Assembly: GCA_003427395.1 (NCBI GenBank)
Contig: BFEA01000026.1
Location: 1,562,295-1,626,294, forward strand
DNA: 64,000 bases
Direction of reading: 5' to 3'
Source: Chara braunii
Lineage: Eukaryota; Plantae; Charophyceae
The translations under genes and the position numbers were made by a program. Below the pieces are notes generated by a model. The model worked only from the letters and a program-made list of their open reading frames with translations. It did not search any database and was not told the origin of the DNA. Positions 1 through 12,645 of this stretch are shown here, in pieces; within the stretch, counting starts at the first letter, position 1, and each line of letters opens with the position of its first letter.

Positions 1-432
1 TTAGATTTATTTTTCAATTTCTCTTCTCAACCTTTTAAGTTTTTTATTTTTTTAATTCTTTAACATGATCTTTTTCCAAAAACAAAAATGGGGTTGCAGG
101 GCTTAAAAATCCCTACAACCCCATAAGTTTTTTTTTTTTTGCCTATTAAATAAATTAGGAAAAATACGGAAAATTCACGTCCGCGGCGCGGACGCGGCCA
201 TATATGTGGCCGCCCTCCGAGGGCGACCCCGCGGACGCGTCTGCGGGTGTTTCATAGATGCACAGGCTCAAGTCCGCCATTTTCCTCACCAACGGCCATT
301 GGAAGCCGTCCGGTGGCGGGGAGAGATGGACCTTGGTTCGTCCGCCAACCACGTTGGATATCCGTCCTCCGCGCCAATCTCACCACCTTCTTCAAAAGTC
401 ACTTTCGAGCACACCCCGACAAAAATGGCGGT

Positions 433-1352
433 TGTCAGGGTAGCGACGCTGACAGATGGTCTTCGTGATGACCCATTTTCACAAGACCCTATAACGTGCA
501 ATATTTGTGTCTGTTCGTACATAATGTGTGTCTGTTCGGGCAATAGGTGTGCCTCTTCAAACAGAAGTCAAAAGGTTAAGTCCCAGTCACGAATTAAGTC
601 AGCAGGAGAGTCTAGATACAGGCCCCAAGTCCGGAATTCAGGCCTGAAGGCCGCAGCAGCAGCAGACCTTGAGGGAAAGGTACTGGGACACACTCTACAC
701 AGCCTGGGACAGGGAAAAGAGTCCCAAGGGAGGCTAATTCAGGCCTCGCAAGGCCATGCCATTAGTATAAAGGAGCATACCAGCCTCCCACATGACAGAT
801 CTCCAGAAGCATGGATGCATGGAAGTGTTGAAGGCACTTGTGCGCTAGCATGCAGCGGGAAAGCGCTTGCTTGATGCTGCGCAAGGGAGAGAGATATTGG
901 GCGCTGGCTTGCTGAAGCAGCCATAGCTGCTCCAACCTGTGTTAGTAGTAGAAGAGTTAGTGTTAGTTTATCAGTGAGTAGTAATCAGAGTAGATCCTCA
1001 TGTGTGAGGGAGTGTGCATGCATGATGTGAAGTAGAGAGAAGACCAGGGATATGGCATTGGGATAAGGAGAGAGAGAGAAGACATACAGGGGGAAAGTAG
1101 GAGCTATGTGGATACTTACCTTCTGTGCGCTGGTTCTGAAGAAGGAGGAAGACTTGTGATCCTGTTACGGCGTTGTACATTATGAACTTGTGACAATCTC
1201 TCTTAATCTTGTTGTTATAATTGAGTTGAGTTCCTTGGTCTCGGTCATCTCTCATTGGAGCTTTGTGTGAGCTATTGCGACTCTGTGAAGCGTGTGTAAA
1301 TGCTTGGTATCTGGCGCACTCCAGCAAGTGATAAACAATCGGGTTCCTTGCA
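433..1352 (+). repeat. 5' LTR of the Gypsy element (~920 bp)
   Basis: Begins TGTCAGG and ends CCTTGCA (TG...CA, imperfect inverted ends), 4 nt before the PBS. The 5' boundary is inferred because no second LTR is in the window. Confidence 0.65.
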
Positions 1353-1356
1353 AATT

Positions 1357-1368
1357 TGGTATCAGAGC
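1357..1368 (+). promoter_or_regulatory. Primer-binding site, initiator tRNA-Met
   Basis: TGGTATCAGAGC is the canonical tRNA-iMet PBS. Confidence 0.9.
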
Positions 1369-1552
1369 GGAACTCGTTACTCTCACTGAGGCGCTGGCAT
1401 GAGTAAGGCTGGCGAAGAGAGATATGCTGGCTCGAAGAATGCTGGCTACGGTGGAGAACTAAGAGGTGTGCGTTGTGGCCCTCTCGGTGTTGATGGGCCC
1501 ACTCTTCAAACTCTTCTTTTCCTTGGGCTTCGGGAGAGTGTGTAGCTTCCGT

Positions 1553-3614
1553 ATGATGATGAGGTCAGGTACTGTGAAGCCAGGGCCTACGCCTGCAGAA
1601 CAGGCTGAAGTGGAACGGCGACAGGCCGAAAAGAAAAAAGAGAAAGAAACAAAAAGGTTACAAAAGTAAGAAGAGATGAAGAAAATAAAAGAGGAAAGAG
1701 AGAAGCTAGAGAAAGAGATAAAGGATAAAGAAAGAAAGCTCCAGGCAGAGCTAAAGGCAGTTGAAGAAGAAGAAGAAGAAGAAGAAGAAGAAGAAGAAGA
1801 AGAAGAAAAAGAAGAAAAGGAGAATGGTGAAGGATTGCACAGGCGTCATACAGAAAGAGGGAAAACCAGCAGTGTCGGTGGTATTACAATTGAGCTCGAC
1901 CCCATGAACTGGCTCGAACAATTCGGATACAAAACTGTCATGGTGGTTGAGTCGGAGGAGGAGAGAAGTGCATTTATTGCAGAGCTAGCTACCATAACAG
2001 ATCCTAAAGAAAGAGATCTCTTGATAGCGGAACGAAAAGCAGAACTGGATAATAGGATGGTGACAGCAAAGAGATAGGAATTTGAAGAGAAAAAGAGATT
2101 AAAAGAGGAGGGGGAAAAGTTGCAGAGACAGTTACAGAAACAGAAATAGCAGCAAGCGGCTACGGGTGACCGCCTTACCCTCCTCACAGATACTCTCCTT
2201 CACACCAATGAATAATTTGCTGCGTTGACCAAGTCCGTGCAAAAGTTAGAGAATCACCAATTCGAATTTGAGGGAGTGTGGAACAACTTTCTGCAGCGAT
2301 CAGCGTAGGAAGTTGACTAGCACATGTTCAGCTGCATACAAAAGTTGGATGAGAAGTTGGCCAAGAAATTGGCAGATTCTCTCGTGCTAAAGAAGGTGCT
2401 AGGAGGCGGCAGAGGAGACGGAGGAGACGGAGGAGACGGAGATGGAGACGGGGGAGATGGAGACAAAGAAAGAAAACAAAAGGGGGTGCTGCCAAATGAA
2501 GTAGGTCAGATCAATAAAATTAAATTCAAAATCCCATGGACATATAATGGTAAGAAAGAGCAAAGTGTGCTACACTGGATTGTAGCAGTCGAATCGTATG
2601 TCTACGGAGTGCATTCTGTACTGGGACAGGGTGCTAATGGCAAGTTCGTGTATGGAGGGAGATGCCATGAGCTTCGCCATCTGCTTGTAGAAGGAGGCAG
2701 GTTGCAGCTCCATGGTAGAATACTCCCAGCAAACCCGAATTAAGGACTTTTTCAAAGTCATCCGAGAACGGTTTGAAGACAAAAACTTAGCCAAGAGTAC
2801 AAAAATGTTAGTCCTAAACCTCCCAAATAGAAAATGGAAGAGCACCTCTGCGCTTAAAGCCACCATGGACGAACTATTGCAATGCAATGAACATGGACGG
2901 ACCCCTACTCAGATACTGAACAGTTTTGCACGTGCACTACCCGACCCCCTTCGTACTCAGTTGTATCCCCGTACAACGGAAGAGGGGATGACCTACGAGA
3001 AGTTCAGCAAGATCGTCATAGATCACGCTGCTTTCTTGGCTGAGGCCAATTATTGCCATTATTGGAAAGATCTGCAAGCGGGGAAGAAATGGCAAAATCG
3101 CATTATCTCAGGGTCGATACCTGGGAAAAACAACCTTCTTCTGACCTTTGAAGAAGGAGGTGTCGAAACACTTTCTTTGGACCAAGTAGACTATGGTCTT
3201 GAGGAAGGACCCATCGGTTCGGTAGCTCAGGAGGGGAGTTACGCGGCCGTTGCAGCCCACGGGGGAGGGCGACAAGGAAGAGGAGGCCGCGGACGTGGTG
3301 GAAAAGGATCCGACACCCTGAGGAATGGTGGCGAAGGTAGCTACTACGCGGGAGGAAGGGGTAACGGTCCCTCGCAAGGTGACCGCGGTTCTAATTTCAC
3401 CTGGGGTAGAGGAAGAGGCGCTTGATACGGGAACTGAGATAAACCCTATCCGCCCCATCTGGGTCTTCCAGAAGGGGAGTCTCGGAAAAAGTTGGGGATA
3501 ACTGAGCAAGTTTGGCAAGACAGGAAGAAAGCTTACTAGTGCCTCAAGTGTGGGGACCCCGACCACATTGTCCCTTATTGCCCTGACTACAAGGTAGCAA
3601 AAGGGAACAACTAG
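1553..3614 (+). pseudogene. gag: Gag pseudogene (coiled-coil/poly-Glu N-terminus, capsid-like region, RGG tract, CCHC knuckle)
   Basis: Fragmented ORFs (1676-2077, 2324-2743, 2712-3425) with several stops. CLKCGDPDHIVPYC (CX2CX4HX4C) at 3540-3581. Confidence 0.8.
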
Positions 3615-3673
3615 TAGATGTCTCAGTTGCCTCTGCAGGGACTTCGGATGTTGAAAAACAAAAATCCTCCCAT

Positions 3674-5302
3674 TTGAAGGTCCCAATGGCAGAAACTGAA
3701 GACGTAGACAGTCCCCATTTAATACACTGTCCAGAGGTGGCAAACATATGCATCTCTCTAGATGGTTCCCTCGCTGGCGTAGGTGATGAGTTGGCCGCTC
3801 GTCGCCAAGCCTGGACTGAAATGAAGAAATGCAAAGGACAACTAATAATTGCAGATCTTAAAATTAATAAAGTAAGAGTAGGAGGATTGATTGACAGCGG
3901 GTCTACACGCAATTATATTAGTAAGAAAGGTTTGCAGAAACTGCGTCTTGGGCTGAAAGTAAAGCGATTGGATGAGCCCATTATAAGTAAGATAGCAAAT
4001 AGTTCAAAGATGGTCGTGGATCGATACGTCGAGGGGGTACAGACATACTTTCGGCTCGAGGCAGAGGGGAAGGTGGAACGTGTTCTCCACTCTCTGACAA
4101 TCTTGATGGAAGATAGTCTGCCCCTTGATGTGTTGCTAGGCATGGATTGGGGTGAAGCTGCTAATGCGGATATCAAGTTAAGGGACCATGAGTGTTGGCT
4201 CCCAAGTCCGCAGGGTGGAAAGAAGAAAATCCGCCTATTCCATGAATCTGGTAAGGAAACTAGCTTAGCTCATTGTTGTATGAGTGCCCCCGCGTTCGCC
4301 CGCCATGTAAGAAGATATAACTTGTATGATCAAGTGTTTGTTGTATTTGTGCGCCCAATGAAAGAGGGTGAAATAAAGGAAGAGGCCAAGTACCCAGAAA
4401 TTGAAAAGATCCTGAAAGAATTCACAGATGTGGCTGAGGCCCCGAGCGGTGTAGTGGAGAGACTCATCAAACATCGCATAGAGATTATCCCAGGAAGTGA
4501 GATTCCTAAGGGACCCATTTACCGAATGTCCCCAAAAGAATTGGATGAACTGCGATCCCAACTTGACGGATTGATGGAAAAGGGATGGATAAGGCCTAGT
4601 TCCTCGCCCTATGGTGTGCCTGTGCTGTTTGTGCCTAAGAAGGATGGCGGGGTACGCATGTGCATAGATTATAGAAGATTAAACGGGATAACTATAAAAA
4701 ACGCAGAGCCGTTACCGCGAATAGATGATTTGCTGGATCGTGTGCAGGGTTGCAAATACTTCACGAAGATTGATCTGAAGTCTGGCTACCATCAGATTGA
4801 GGTAGAGTCGGAAGACCAATATAAAATTGCCTTCAGAACGAGGTACGGGCACTATGAGTTCGTAGATATGCCCTTTGGTCGTACTAACGCCCCTGCGACC
4901 TTCCAAAGAACGATGAATGAACTCTTTCGCGAGTGGCTTGATAAATTTGTCATTGTTTATTTGGATGATATTTTGATTTTCAGTAAAGATTTGAAAGAAC
5001 ATTCTGAGCACCTTCGACTTGTGCTAAGTAAGTTGGGTGAAGCAAATCTAAAGATTAACCCAAAGAAGTACGATTGGGCCAAGCGTCAGGTTTCGTATTT
5101 AGGGCATGTGCTTGATGGCGATGGAATCAAACCGCAAGACTCAAAAATTGCAGCAATTCGAGATTGGCCAAACCCCCGCACTTTGACTGAGTTACGGTCG
5201 TTCCTTGGGCTAGCCAACTACTATCGGAAGTTCGTTAAACACTTCACGATAATAGCTACACCCCTTTCGAAGGCATTCGGACTGACACCTTTTGAAACAT
5301 GA
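3674..5302 (+). CDS. pol: Pol fragment: aspartic protease plus reverse transcriptase, truncated
   Basis: LIDSGSTRNYIS (protease); PKKDGGVRMCIDYRRLN, KIDLKSGYHQI, MPFG, VYLDDILIFS and LRSFLGLANYYRKF (Gypsy RT). Confidence 0.93.
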   Translation: MKVPMAETEDVDSPHLIHCPEVANICISLDGSLAGVGDELAARRQAWTEMKKCKGQLIIADLKINKVRVGGLIDSGSTRNYISKKGLQKLRLGLKVKRLDEPIISKIANSSKMVVDRYVEGVQTYFRLEAEGKVERVLHSLTILMEDSLPLDVLLGMDWGEAANADIKLRDHECWLPSPQGGKKKIRLFHESGKETSLAHCCMSAPAFARHVRRYNLYDQVFVVFVRPMKEGEIKEEAKYPEIEKILKEFTDVAEAPSGVVERLIKHRIEIIPGSEIPKGPIYRMSPKELDELRSQLDGLMEKGWIRPSSSPYGVPVLFVPKKDGGVRMCIDYRRLNGITIKNAEPLPRIDDLLDRVQGCKYFTKIDLKSGYHQIEVESEDQYKIAFRTRYGHYEFVDMPFGRTNAPATFQRTMNELFREWLDKFVIVYLDDILIFSKDLKEHSEHLRLVLSKLGEANLKINPKKYDWAKRQVSYLGHVLDGDGIKPQDSKIAAIRDWPNPRTLTELRSFLGLANYYRKFVKHFTIIATPLSKAFGLTPFET

Positions 5303-5372
5303 AAAATGGGAATTGGTTCGAAAGGCTGTGCGGCGAAGATGGGGTGTCCATTTTTCGTGTTTCGAAAGGCTG
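5287..5372. repeat. Short foldback (MITE-like) at the Gypsy truncation point
   Basis: CACCTTTTGAAACATGAAAAATGG is a near-perfect inverted match to CCATTTTTCGTGTTTCGAAAGGCTG. Confidence 0.55.
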
Positions 5373-5409
5373 TGTTGTGAGCCCCGTAGCTGGCTTGCTC
5401 CCCCTGTTT

Positions 5410-5438
5410 GGTATTGGTAGGGTCCTTGGCCATCACAG

Positions 5439-5513
<75 letters not shown>

Positions 5514-5800
5514 TTCTGTGTGGTGTGTGGGAGAGTGCTGGCNNNNNNNNNNNNNNNNNNNNNNNNNNNNNNNNNNNNNNNNNNNNNNNNNNNNNNNNNN
5601 NNNNNNNNNNNNNNNNNNNNNNNNNNNNNNNNNNNNNNTCCCCCCTCCCCCTGCGGTGCCCCCCCCCTACTCCCTGACCACCACCGATTAGGGCAGAACA
5701 CTGAGAAGTAGCTATGCTAGCAGGGGTCCCCTATATAGGCTTAGTTGTAGTCGTAGGTAGGTAGTGAAAGGTGAAATTGAGAGAAGAATTCAGCTTAGTT
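5410..5800 (+). repeat. Dispersed repeat with (GT)n microsatellite
   Basis: 5415-5680 resembles 56995-57190 (TTGGCCA.CAC..GTGTG...GTGTGGTGTGTGGGAGAGTGC, CCTACTCCCTGAC). 5718-5800 resembles 60060-60165 on the minus strand. Confidence 0.6.
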
Positions 5801-5899
5801 TTTTTAAACAAAAAGAAAGGACGAAAGGAGGAAACAGAAAAAGTAACGTTTCCAAAGGTGGCGTTCCCTCCTCCCCCCCCGCTCCCCCTCCCCTCCCAA

Positions 5900-7205
5900 C
5901 TTTTGTCCATACAAAAACGACGGAGTCCCCAATAGCAGCAGTTCCTGGCAGTGTGAAAAGACTGCCACTGTTCCCTTCCGAAACTGGTCCGCTCAGTTCT
6001 ATGGCAAGTCGTAGGCCTGGAACTCAGGGGAGGTACCAAAGTGCTGACCTGGACAAAAGGAAGGGGGAGTGAAGAGGTCCTCACAGTCAGTGGAGAGGAG
6101 ACGGTGATGACCACAGTGGAGGCTAAAGAACTCAAGAGTCTGGGAACGGAAGAAGAACAAGAAGGCCGCAGCCTATTTACTTCCTCGCAAGGTTACACTT
6201 GGGGGTATTGAACCACTGGTACTAGGCTGGTCCCCCCCTGTGGAACAAGGTCGAGTGACTGCTCTGTATCAGTACAAGACCAAGGTGGGAGTAAGGGTAC
6301 ATCGAGCCGAAGTTGCAAAAAAGCCAATAGTGACTGTCACATCCATGAACAGACTGCTGTTCGAGTTCTGCGGGGCCCTGAAAAAAGTGCCTTCACAGAA
6401 ACAGGCGGCCTTGATGTGGTTGCAGTCCTTGCAGGTAATGGTGTCCGCTACATGGTTGATTTCCAAAGGGATGAACTTGCCGCCTACCTGTGTAAGATGC
6501 TCATGGGGTTGGGAAAACAGCGCTCACCTGTGGTTACTCTGTCCATTCTCTGACACGGTCTGGGAATGGTGGAAAGAAAACTGGAAGGGTCTGTGGTCAG
6601 TAGAGGAGGTATGGTCTGACAAGTTTATATTATATGGTCTAAGCCCGACAAGGGGCGTGCTGTCCACAGGAATATGGTATATGGCTTTTAGTTTGCAGAG
6701 GGATAGTAATGGAAGCACTTTGGGTAATGCGGAATGCAAGAGTGTTCAAAGGAGAAACAGTAACCTACCAACAGACATTTAATCGAATTAAGCAGAGTAT
6801 TAGATTAGTGTTAGGAGTGGATTGGCAGAGAAAAGGTTCGGGATGGTTCACAAAGACGTGGGCCAAAGATTCCCATTTTGCGAGGATATCACCGGAAGGG
6901 AAACTGAGAACTGCAGAGTGGCTGTTATAGACCAAGGCGGTTCAGAGCATTTGAGAGACCCGCAGTTAAAATGAGCGGTCTTAAATTTTTGCGTGCTTCA
7001 AGGTTTAATTTTTGGAAGGTCTGTTAGTTTGGATGGTTTTATAGGGGACGCTGGACCCGGTTTCCAGCATCAGCCGAATCTGGGTAATGGCCCCAGCATT
7101 TCATCTGGGTCGAACTGTGAGGTCCCCGGCCTCCCTTTCCATTCATATTGCAATATATTGAGTATTTTACTATTTTCCCCCAAAAAAAAAAAAAAAAAAA
7201 AAAAA
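5900..7205 (+). mobile_element. 5'-truncated L1/Tx1-type LINE (zf-RVT C-terminus, 3' UTR, poly-A)
   Basis: PPTCVRCSWGWENSAHLWLLCPFS (CX2CX8HX4C) and ALWVMRNARVFKG motifs, frameshifted. A-run at 7182-7205. The 5' boundary is approximate. Confidence 0.8.
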
Positions 7206-8075
7206 GAGGTTCGGCTGCGGTGGGATCCAAAAACGTTTCCTGTCCGCCCCCCCCCCCCCCCCAAAAAAAAAAAAAACGATTTTCTGGCAGAAAGGGAACA
7301 GTGACCGTCAGGCCACAGGATCCAGCTCTAAGTTCACGTGTTTTCCTTGTACAACTTGGGGGCTCGTTAGACACTCCTCGGGTGTGTAAATCCCCCGAGG
7401 AATTCATCGTTCCACTTATCCTCGGGGAAGAAATTGAAAAAAAAAATTGAAAACATTTCCTCGGGCTACAGCCATTTCGACGTGTTTCCCATGGGACCTC
7501 CCGAGGTCCCTCGGAGGTCGAGCATCCGGAAGAATCGGGGCGTCGACGGCAGGCCTCTCGACGACAAATCTCAAACTAGCTGGTCCATTTCTGTTCCGGG
7601 CGGCCTGTCGACGGACATCTTCGGTCGGCAACGTTCAGCGTCATGGAATTGTCCGCCAACGGTCACCGTTGGCGGCCCGCCGGCCTCCAAGACGTAGAGA
7701 AGGGGCTGTATCGCGTCGGTGCCCTTGGCCCCGAGCGGGAAGACGCCCAACGGTCGGCAGATTCGAATACTTCAGCCAGCCCCCACTCTCCCGATCGCGC
7801 AGTGTCTTCCTCGACGGGATACGTTACCCTTCGTTTGTCGATATCTGCGATCGGCCGTTTGGAGCACTGTTCGTCGCCGTTTCCTCGGCATCCACCGTTG
7901 TCTTCTAGCTGCTGCCATCGTCCACGTGCCTTTCATGGCCGACGTCTTCCGGAGGCCGCCGTTGCTGGTGCTGCTCGTCCTTTTGCTCGTCGTTGTAGTT
8001 GTGTTCCACATGTGCATCCTCGGTAGCGTTCCACAATGTGCGCGCAAAAGGCGGCAATCATTGAAGGACGTTAGG

Positions 8076-9095
8076 ATGGAGGGGCGCTAGGCGACCTGCA
8101 GGTCTGCGGGGGAGCAGGGCGGTGGCCAGCGGGCTGGGCAAACCCCGTCGAGGAGTTCAGGGCCGTTGGAGCGGTCTGGATACGCGCACTTGCCGTCGCA
8201 CTTGCAACCTCTGCCTGATACGTCGAACGAGGAGGCGAATGACACACGGTCTCGGACAGTGCCGCTGGGAAGTGGGTCCACCTAGGAGTGGGCGGCCACA
8301 GAGCTATGCGGGAGCCGCGACGGCGCGTATCGGCAGTTGTACACGGAACTCCTCCACCAGGGGCTCAGCGGAGACGAAGGCGATGACGGCGTGAATCTGT
8401 CATTCGGGCTGTGTAGTGGGAGGTCGTCGGCCACCTCGCAAAACGTTGTCGTGTGTCCCCACCCTGATGACGACAGCGGCCAGCAATTCTGGTCGCTGTC
8501 TGTGTTGAGGGGTGCCTCTGCTCGGCCCCCGTGGATGCAGTCTCCGTCTCCCCTGTACGCCAGTTCGACTGCGGCCCGCCGTCGTGGCGAATGCGGGGAG
8601 AAGGATGCTGGCTTCGCCGATATCGGTGACGAACGTGACGGGAGGGAGGTGTGGGAAGAACACCGGCGAGAGCTCCGGTCGGGGCGCGAGGAATCCATAA
8701 TTCGAGGGCTGCAGCGACTGCGTATGGGGGAGCAAGAAAAGGAAAAGGAGGCACCGGTTCTGGACGCGGACGATCACAACGACGACGACAACGACGGAGA
8801 GGGTGGGGAGGAAGACGAAGGCTACGTTTAGCCGTTGAGGCAAGACAACATGGCAGGCAATGGAGGGAAGACGAAGACGTATGCCCGCAATGGTCGTCGG
8901 TGCAAAAAAATGGCGGGGAAGGGGAGCGATGTCGTGGGGGACGGTGACGCGGAAGGAGGTAGACACTTCTGGTCCATCGAACACATTGTAGCTCTCATCA
9001 GGGCCAAACGTGACCAGGATGCACACATGCAGGGGATGGGTCACTCCTACGCTCGGATGAAGCCACGAGAATGGAAGTGGTTAGATGTGGTGCAA
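8076..9095 (+). pseudogene. Harbinger Myb/SANT-trihelix protein, N-terminal half
   Basis: FWSIEHIVALIRAKRDQDAHMQGMGHSYARMKPREWKWLDVVQ; in-frame stops; cut by the hAT insertion. Confidence 0.85.
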
Positions 9096-10227
9096 CTGTG
9101 TAACCGGTTGAACGCCGTGAACGCACGTTCACATTCAAACGCGCATGTTCAACCCCCCGAGCCCCGCGTTCAATCGCGTTTAAACGCGCTGCACGCGCGC
9201 GCACGCGAAAAAAATGAATGCAGTCCCGCGGGGGGTGCGCACGCGACTGGGGCTACGGGGTGGTGGTCCGAGTTCAACAAACCACCAAAGTGCGAAAATC
9301 CCCGGGACCACCCTATACCCCCCCCCCNNNNNNNNNNNNNNNNNNNNNNNNNNNNNNNNNNNNNNNNNNNNNNNNNNNNNNNNNNNNNNNNNNNNNNNNN
9401 NNNNNNNNNNNNNNNNNNNNNNNNNNNNNNNNNNNNNNNNNNNNNNNNNNNNNNNNNNNNNCACCGCGGCGTGATCTGAGTCGCTAGGCACAGAAGCTGC
9501 TTGGCCTTTTCTCTGTTTGTTTCGTCCCTTTTTTTTTTTTCATTTTTTTTTTTTTCGTTTTTTTTTTTTTTTCCCCCCGCCCACAATTACAACCCCCCAA
9601 ACCACGCCACCCATTTACACACACACACATTGACACACCCACACATACGCGCACATGCACACACAAATTCACACCGTCGCACACACACGGGCACTTTTTT
9701 TTTCGCCAACACGCACAACCCCCCAAACTGAGCCACCCATTTACACAAACAAATACACACACACATAATCACATTCACACACACACACACAAACTGCGAC
9801 CTTTCTTTTATTTTATTTTTCCAAAATTTCTTTTTTGTTTTTTTTTATTATTTAAAAGCGCAAAACAAGCGTTTAGAGAAATTTTAAAAAAAGGGTTGCA
9901 AGGGAAAAAAAAAAAAAGGTGGTTTGGCATGGGTTCGGGCGCAGGGGTGGGGCCGGGGGGGCAGGGGGGGCTACGGGAGGGTTTGGGTTGTGAGGGGCCT
10001 GGAAGCAAAAAAAACACTCGTCGTCTGAAAATAGAAACATCGCAAATGCCAAGATGTAATGATCGAAGCAAAACGCAAACCAATGTAGCATGGATAATAG
10101 CAAAAATCTGACACATCGTGTCGAAGCCCCGCCAGTCTGTGGAAAGAAGTACCAACCCGAAAATGCCGACGAAAAAGCACACTAAAATACACTGGAAAGC
10201 AACAATCTCCGAAGTAGCAAACTGTAG

Positions 10228-10343
10228 AAAAGTGCCTACTGGAAAGTACACTATAATACAACATCACGAAACACTACGTCTGTGCAAAAAAGTACCCAGT
10301 GGAAAGTACACTATAATACAACCTCACGAGACACTACGTCTGT
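10228..10343. repeat. ~60-bp tandem duplication in the hAT 3' region
   Basis: TGGAAAGTACACTATAATACAAC.TCACGA.ACACTACGTCTGT occurs twice. Confidence 0.8.
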
Positions 10344-10404
10344 CATGGATAACAAAAAACTAAAGTACACTGAGGAAGTCACGAAAATGCAAGTCCGTAA
10401 TCCA

Positions 10405-12645
10405 TCAACGATCGTCGTGCGCACACGGATCTCGCTCGGACCGATGAGAAACTCCTCCGTGGGACTGACCCCTGCCACCTCCTCGATCCCTCTGACGCTG
10501 GCCGCCTCGTCCGCCAGCGGAAGGCTTGGGAGCGACGGGAAGCTCGTCGGGATCGTCATCCATAATGACTCTCCTGCCTCTCACCGTCCTGATGGCTGTT
10601 GCTGCTAGGTCATCACGTCGGCGTGACTCGCGTGCCATAGGTAGACCGTCAGTCCCTGAAGTCTCCCCCTCCTGGCGTCGATCTAAGGGCACGTGTCGGG
10701 CCTGCCTCAGTCGTGTAACAACATCAGGCTCCTCCAAAATAATCGACGCCTCTCTCAAACCGTACGTTTGCGGCGGATCCACTACGCTCGCCGTGGCACC
10801 GCCTGCGCCCTCACGTCTGCCGTCACCGTCGCCACCACTGCCACCGCCGCCACCCCCTTTACCGCCAAACCCTGCAGCTACAACATCTCGACGTCTCGCA
10901 CTCGTGGAAACCCCTCTCAATCCTGGCTGACGACCGACACTCGCCGTCGTCACCCGTCTCGTCTCACGCCATGGTCGGTCTGTGCGACCGAACAACATGT
11001 TGTCCAGCAACTCCCGCGCACGCTGGGTAGTGTCTCTCCGTCTACGGGCAACCGACCTCGGGGTGACGCTGCCGCACTCCCTCGGAGCTGCGCTCAAGGG
11101 TGACGAAGGGCCTGCGGCGCCTCCAGATGGCGCTGCGACCGAACCTCCAGAAGGTAAGTCCCCTGCGGCCCCGCCCGATGCCGCTGCGACGGAACCTCCA
11201 GAAGGTAAGCCGCCTGCAGCGCCGCCAGATGGCGCTGCGATGGAACACCCAGAAGGTAAGCTGGGGCTGGCTGACCCCCAAGATAAGTCCTGCACGTGAG
11301 GCAGCTTCCCCTCCTCCGGGACTGACCTCAAAATGCGCTGGTCAATCTCCGTCAAATCCCTCCTGCCGTGGTCCTCAAACTCCTCAGCGGTCATAAAACC
11401 AAAAGGGAGGCTGCCTCGAGGCGTAGCCACATGCCTAATCTCCGGCCTCGTCCGTGACGGCGCAAAAGTAGGGACCGGGGGTATGCACGCGCCCCTGCCT
11501 ACACTTCGCTCCTCGACCGGGTCACTGCCATGTGCAGAACGCCTATAACCCTCAAAAAATGGTGCCTGATGTGGCACCACTGGCCCCACAACAGTGCGAA
11601 CCACCAAAGTCTGTGGCATCTCCTGTCCGTCCGCGTCACGCCTGTCCACCTGTGCGGGGTCTCCCCCGCCGGACGCGAAAATCAGATCGGCCGCGGACGG
11701 CACCCCCCACCCACCAGCACCAACGGCCCCCGCTACGGCCCCGTCCCCCCCCGTGGTCGGCGCTATCCCCTCCGCCTGTGCCGATGGGCGAATATCATCA
11801 ACGCCCACTGAATGCCCCGTTTGTATGACCTCCAGACCCGGGGACATATGCACGGCACCCTCAACTGAACCCGCGGGCAGAGGCACGCCCGCGACCTCCT
11901 GCAATGTCTCCTCTGGCCTCAGTTGCACGGCAGGAGGCTGCGCCGACTCCGAACGTGGCTCCTCTGTCGGTGCCAACCCGCTCTCGTGCGTTCCCTGCTG
12001 AACATCTACTCCGGTACTCGAAACCTCTGCCGAAGTCGCCTCCCGCGGCGTCGTGTCGTGAACCTCTGCCGGAGTATCCGTGTGGGCAGCTGGCCCCACG
12101 TCAACAGACGTCGGCGTATATGTCCCCAGTTGCCTTTGTCAGTCCTTGGCCGCAAGACGGGCGAGCTCTTGCGTCCTGGGGTCCCTCTGTGCCTTGAGGC
12201 ACGCTCGACGACTATCAAGCCTATCCAGCCTCTCTGCAGATGTCTCTCCAAGGGGTGTCCGGTCCTCATCCCCCTCTGCCCCCAACATCACCTCTGCGTG
12301 CATGGCACGGGAGAAACTACTCGGGTCCGCAAAGCCGATCTGTCCCAGTAAGTCCTGCATACCCACACTGATGTCCCCACGGGACTCGCTCTCTCCTCGG
12401 GTCAGACCCACACTTTCTCTCGGGGGCATACCCATATCGCCAAACTCGTTGAAACCGCCACCGCCGCCCATCGGTATCCCCTCAACCGCCGCATCAACCT
12501 CGGCACCGCCTCCACCTCCGGCCAGCGCACCACCATCTCCACCAACCAACCCCTGTCTGTCTCCGTCGTCACCCTGCACTGGCATAGGACCGCCCTCCAA
12601 TCTGTCCTCCAATCGCTGTCTCGGGCCCCTCACCAATCTCTGCAA
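10405..12645 (-). pseudogene. Gly/Ala/Pro-rich, probably disordered C-terminal extension of the hAT transposase (or a second ORF)
   Basis: Consecutive minus-strand ORFs of 168 aa and 564 aa directly follow the transposase. Three 51-bp repeats (LPSGGSVAAPSGGAAG) at ~11110-11260. Confidence 0.5.

Larger units (their letters stand above)
433..5266 (+). mobile_element. Ty3/Gypsy LTR retrotransposon, 3'-truncated (5' LTR, PBS, gag, protease, RT)
   Basis: PBS TGGTATCAGAGC follows ...CCTTGCA. Gag zinc knuckle, aspartic protease and RT motifs are in Gypsy order. Coding similarity breaks off after ANYYRKFVKHFTIIATPL, before RNase H. Confidence 0.92.

Noticed and set aside
140-432. Complete Harbinger end upstream of the Gypsy LTR
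   Set aside because: Only patchy similarity (CATTGGA.GCC..C.GTGGCGGG) to the copy-2 subterminal region and no TIR was found, so it is not called.
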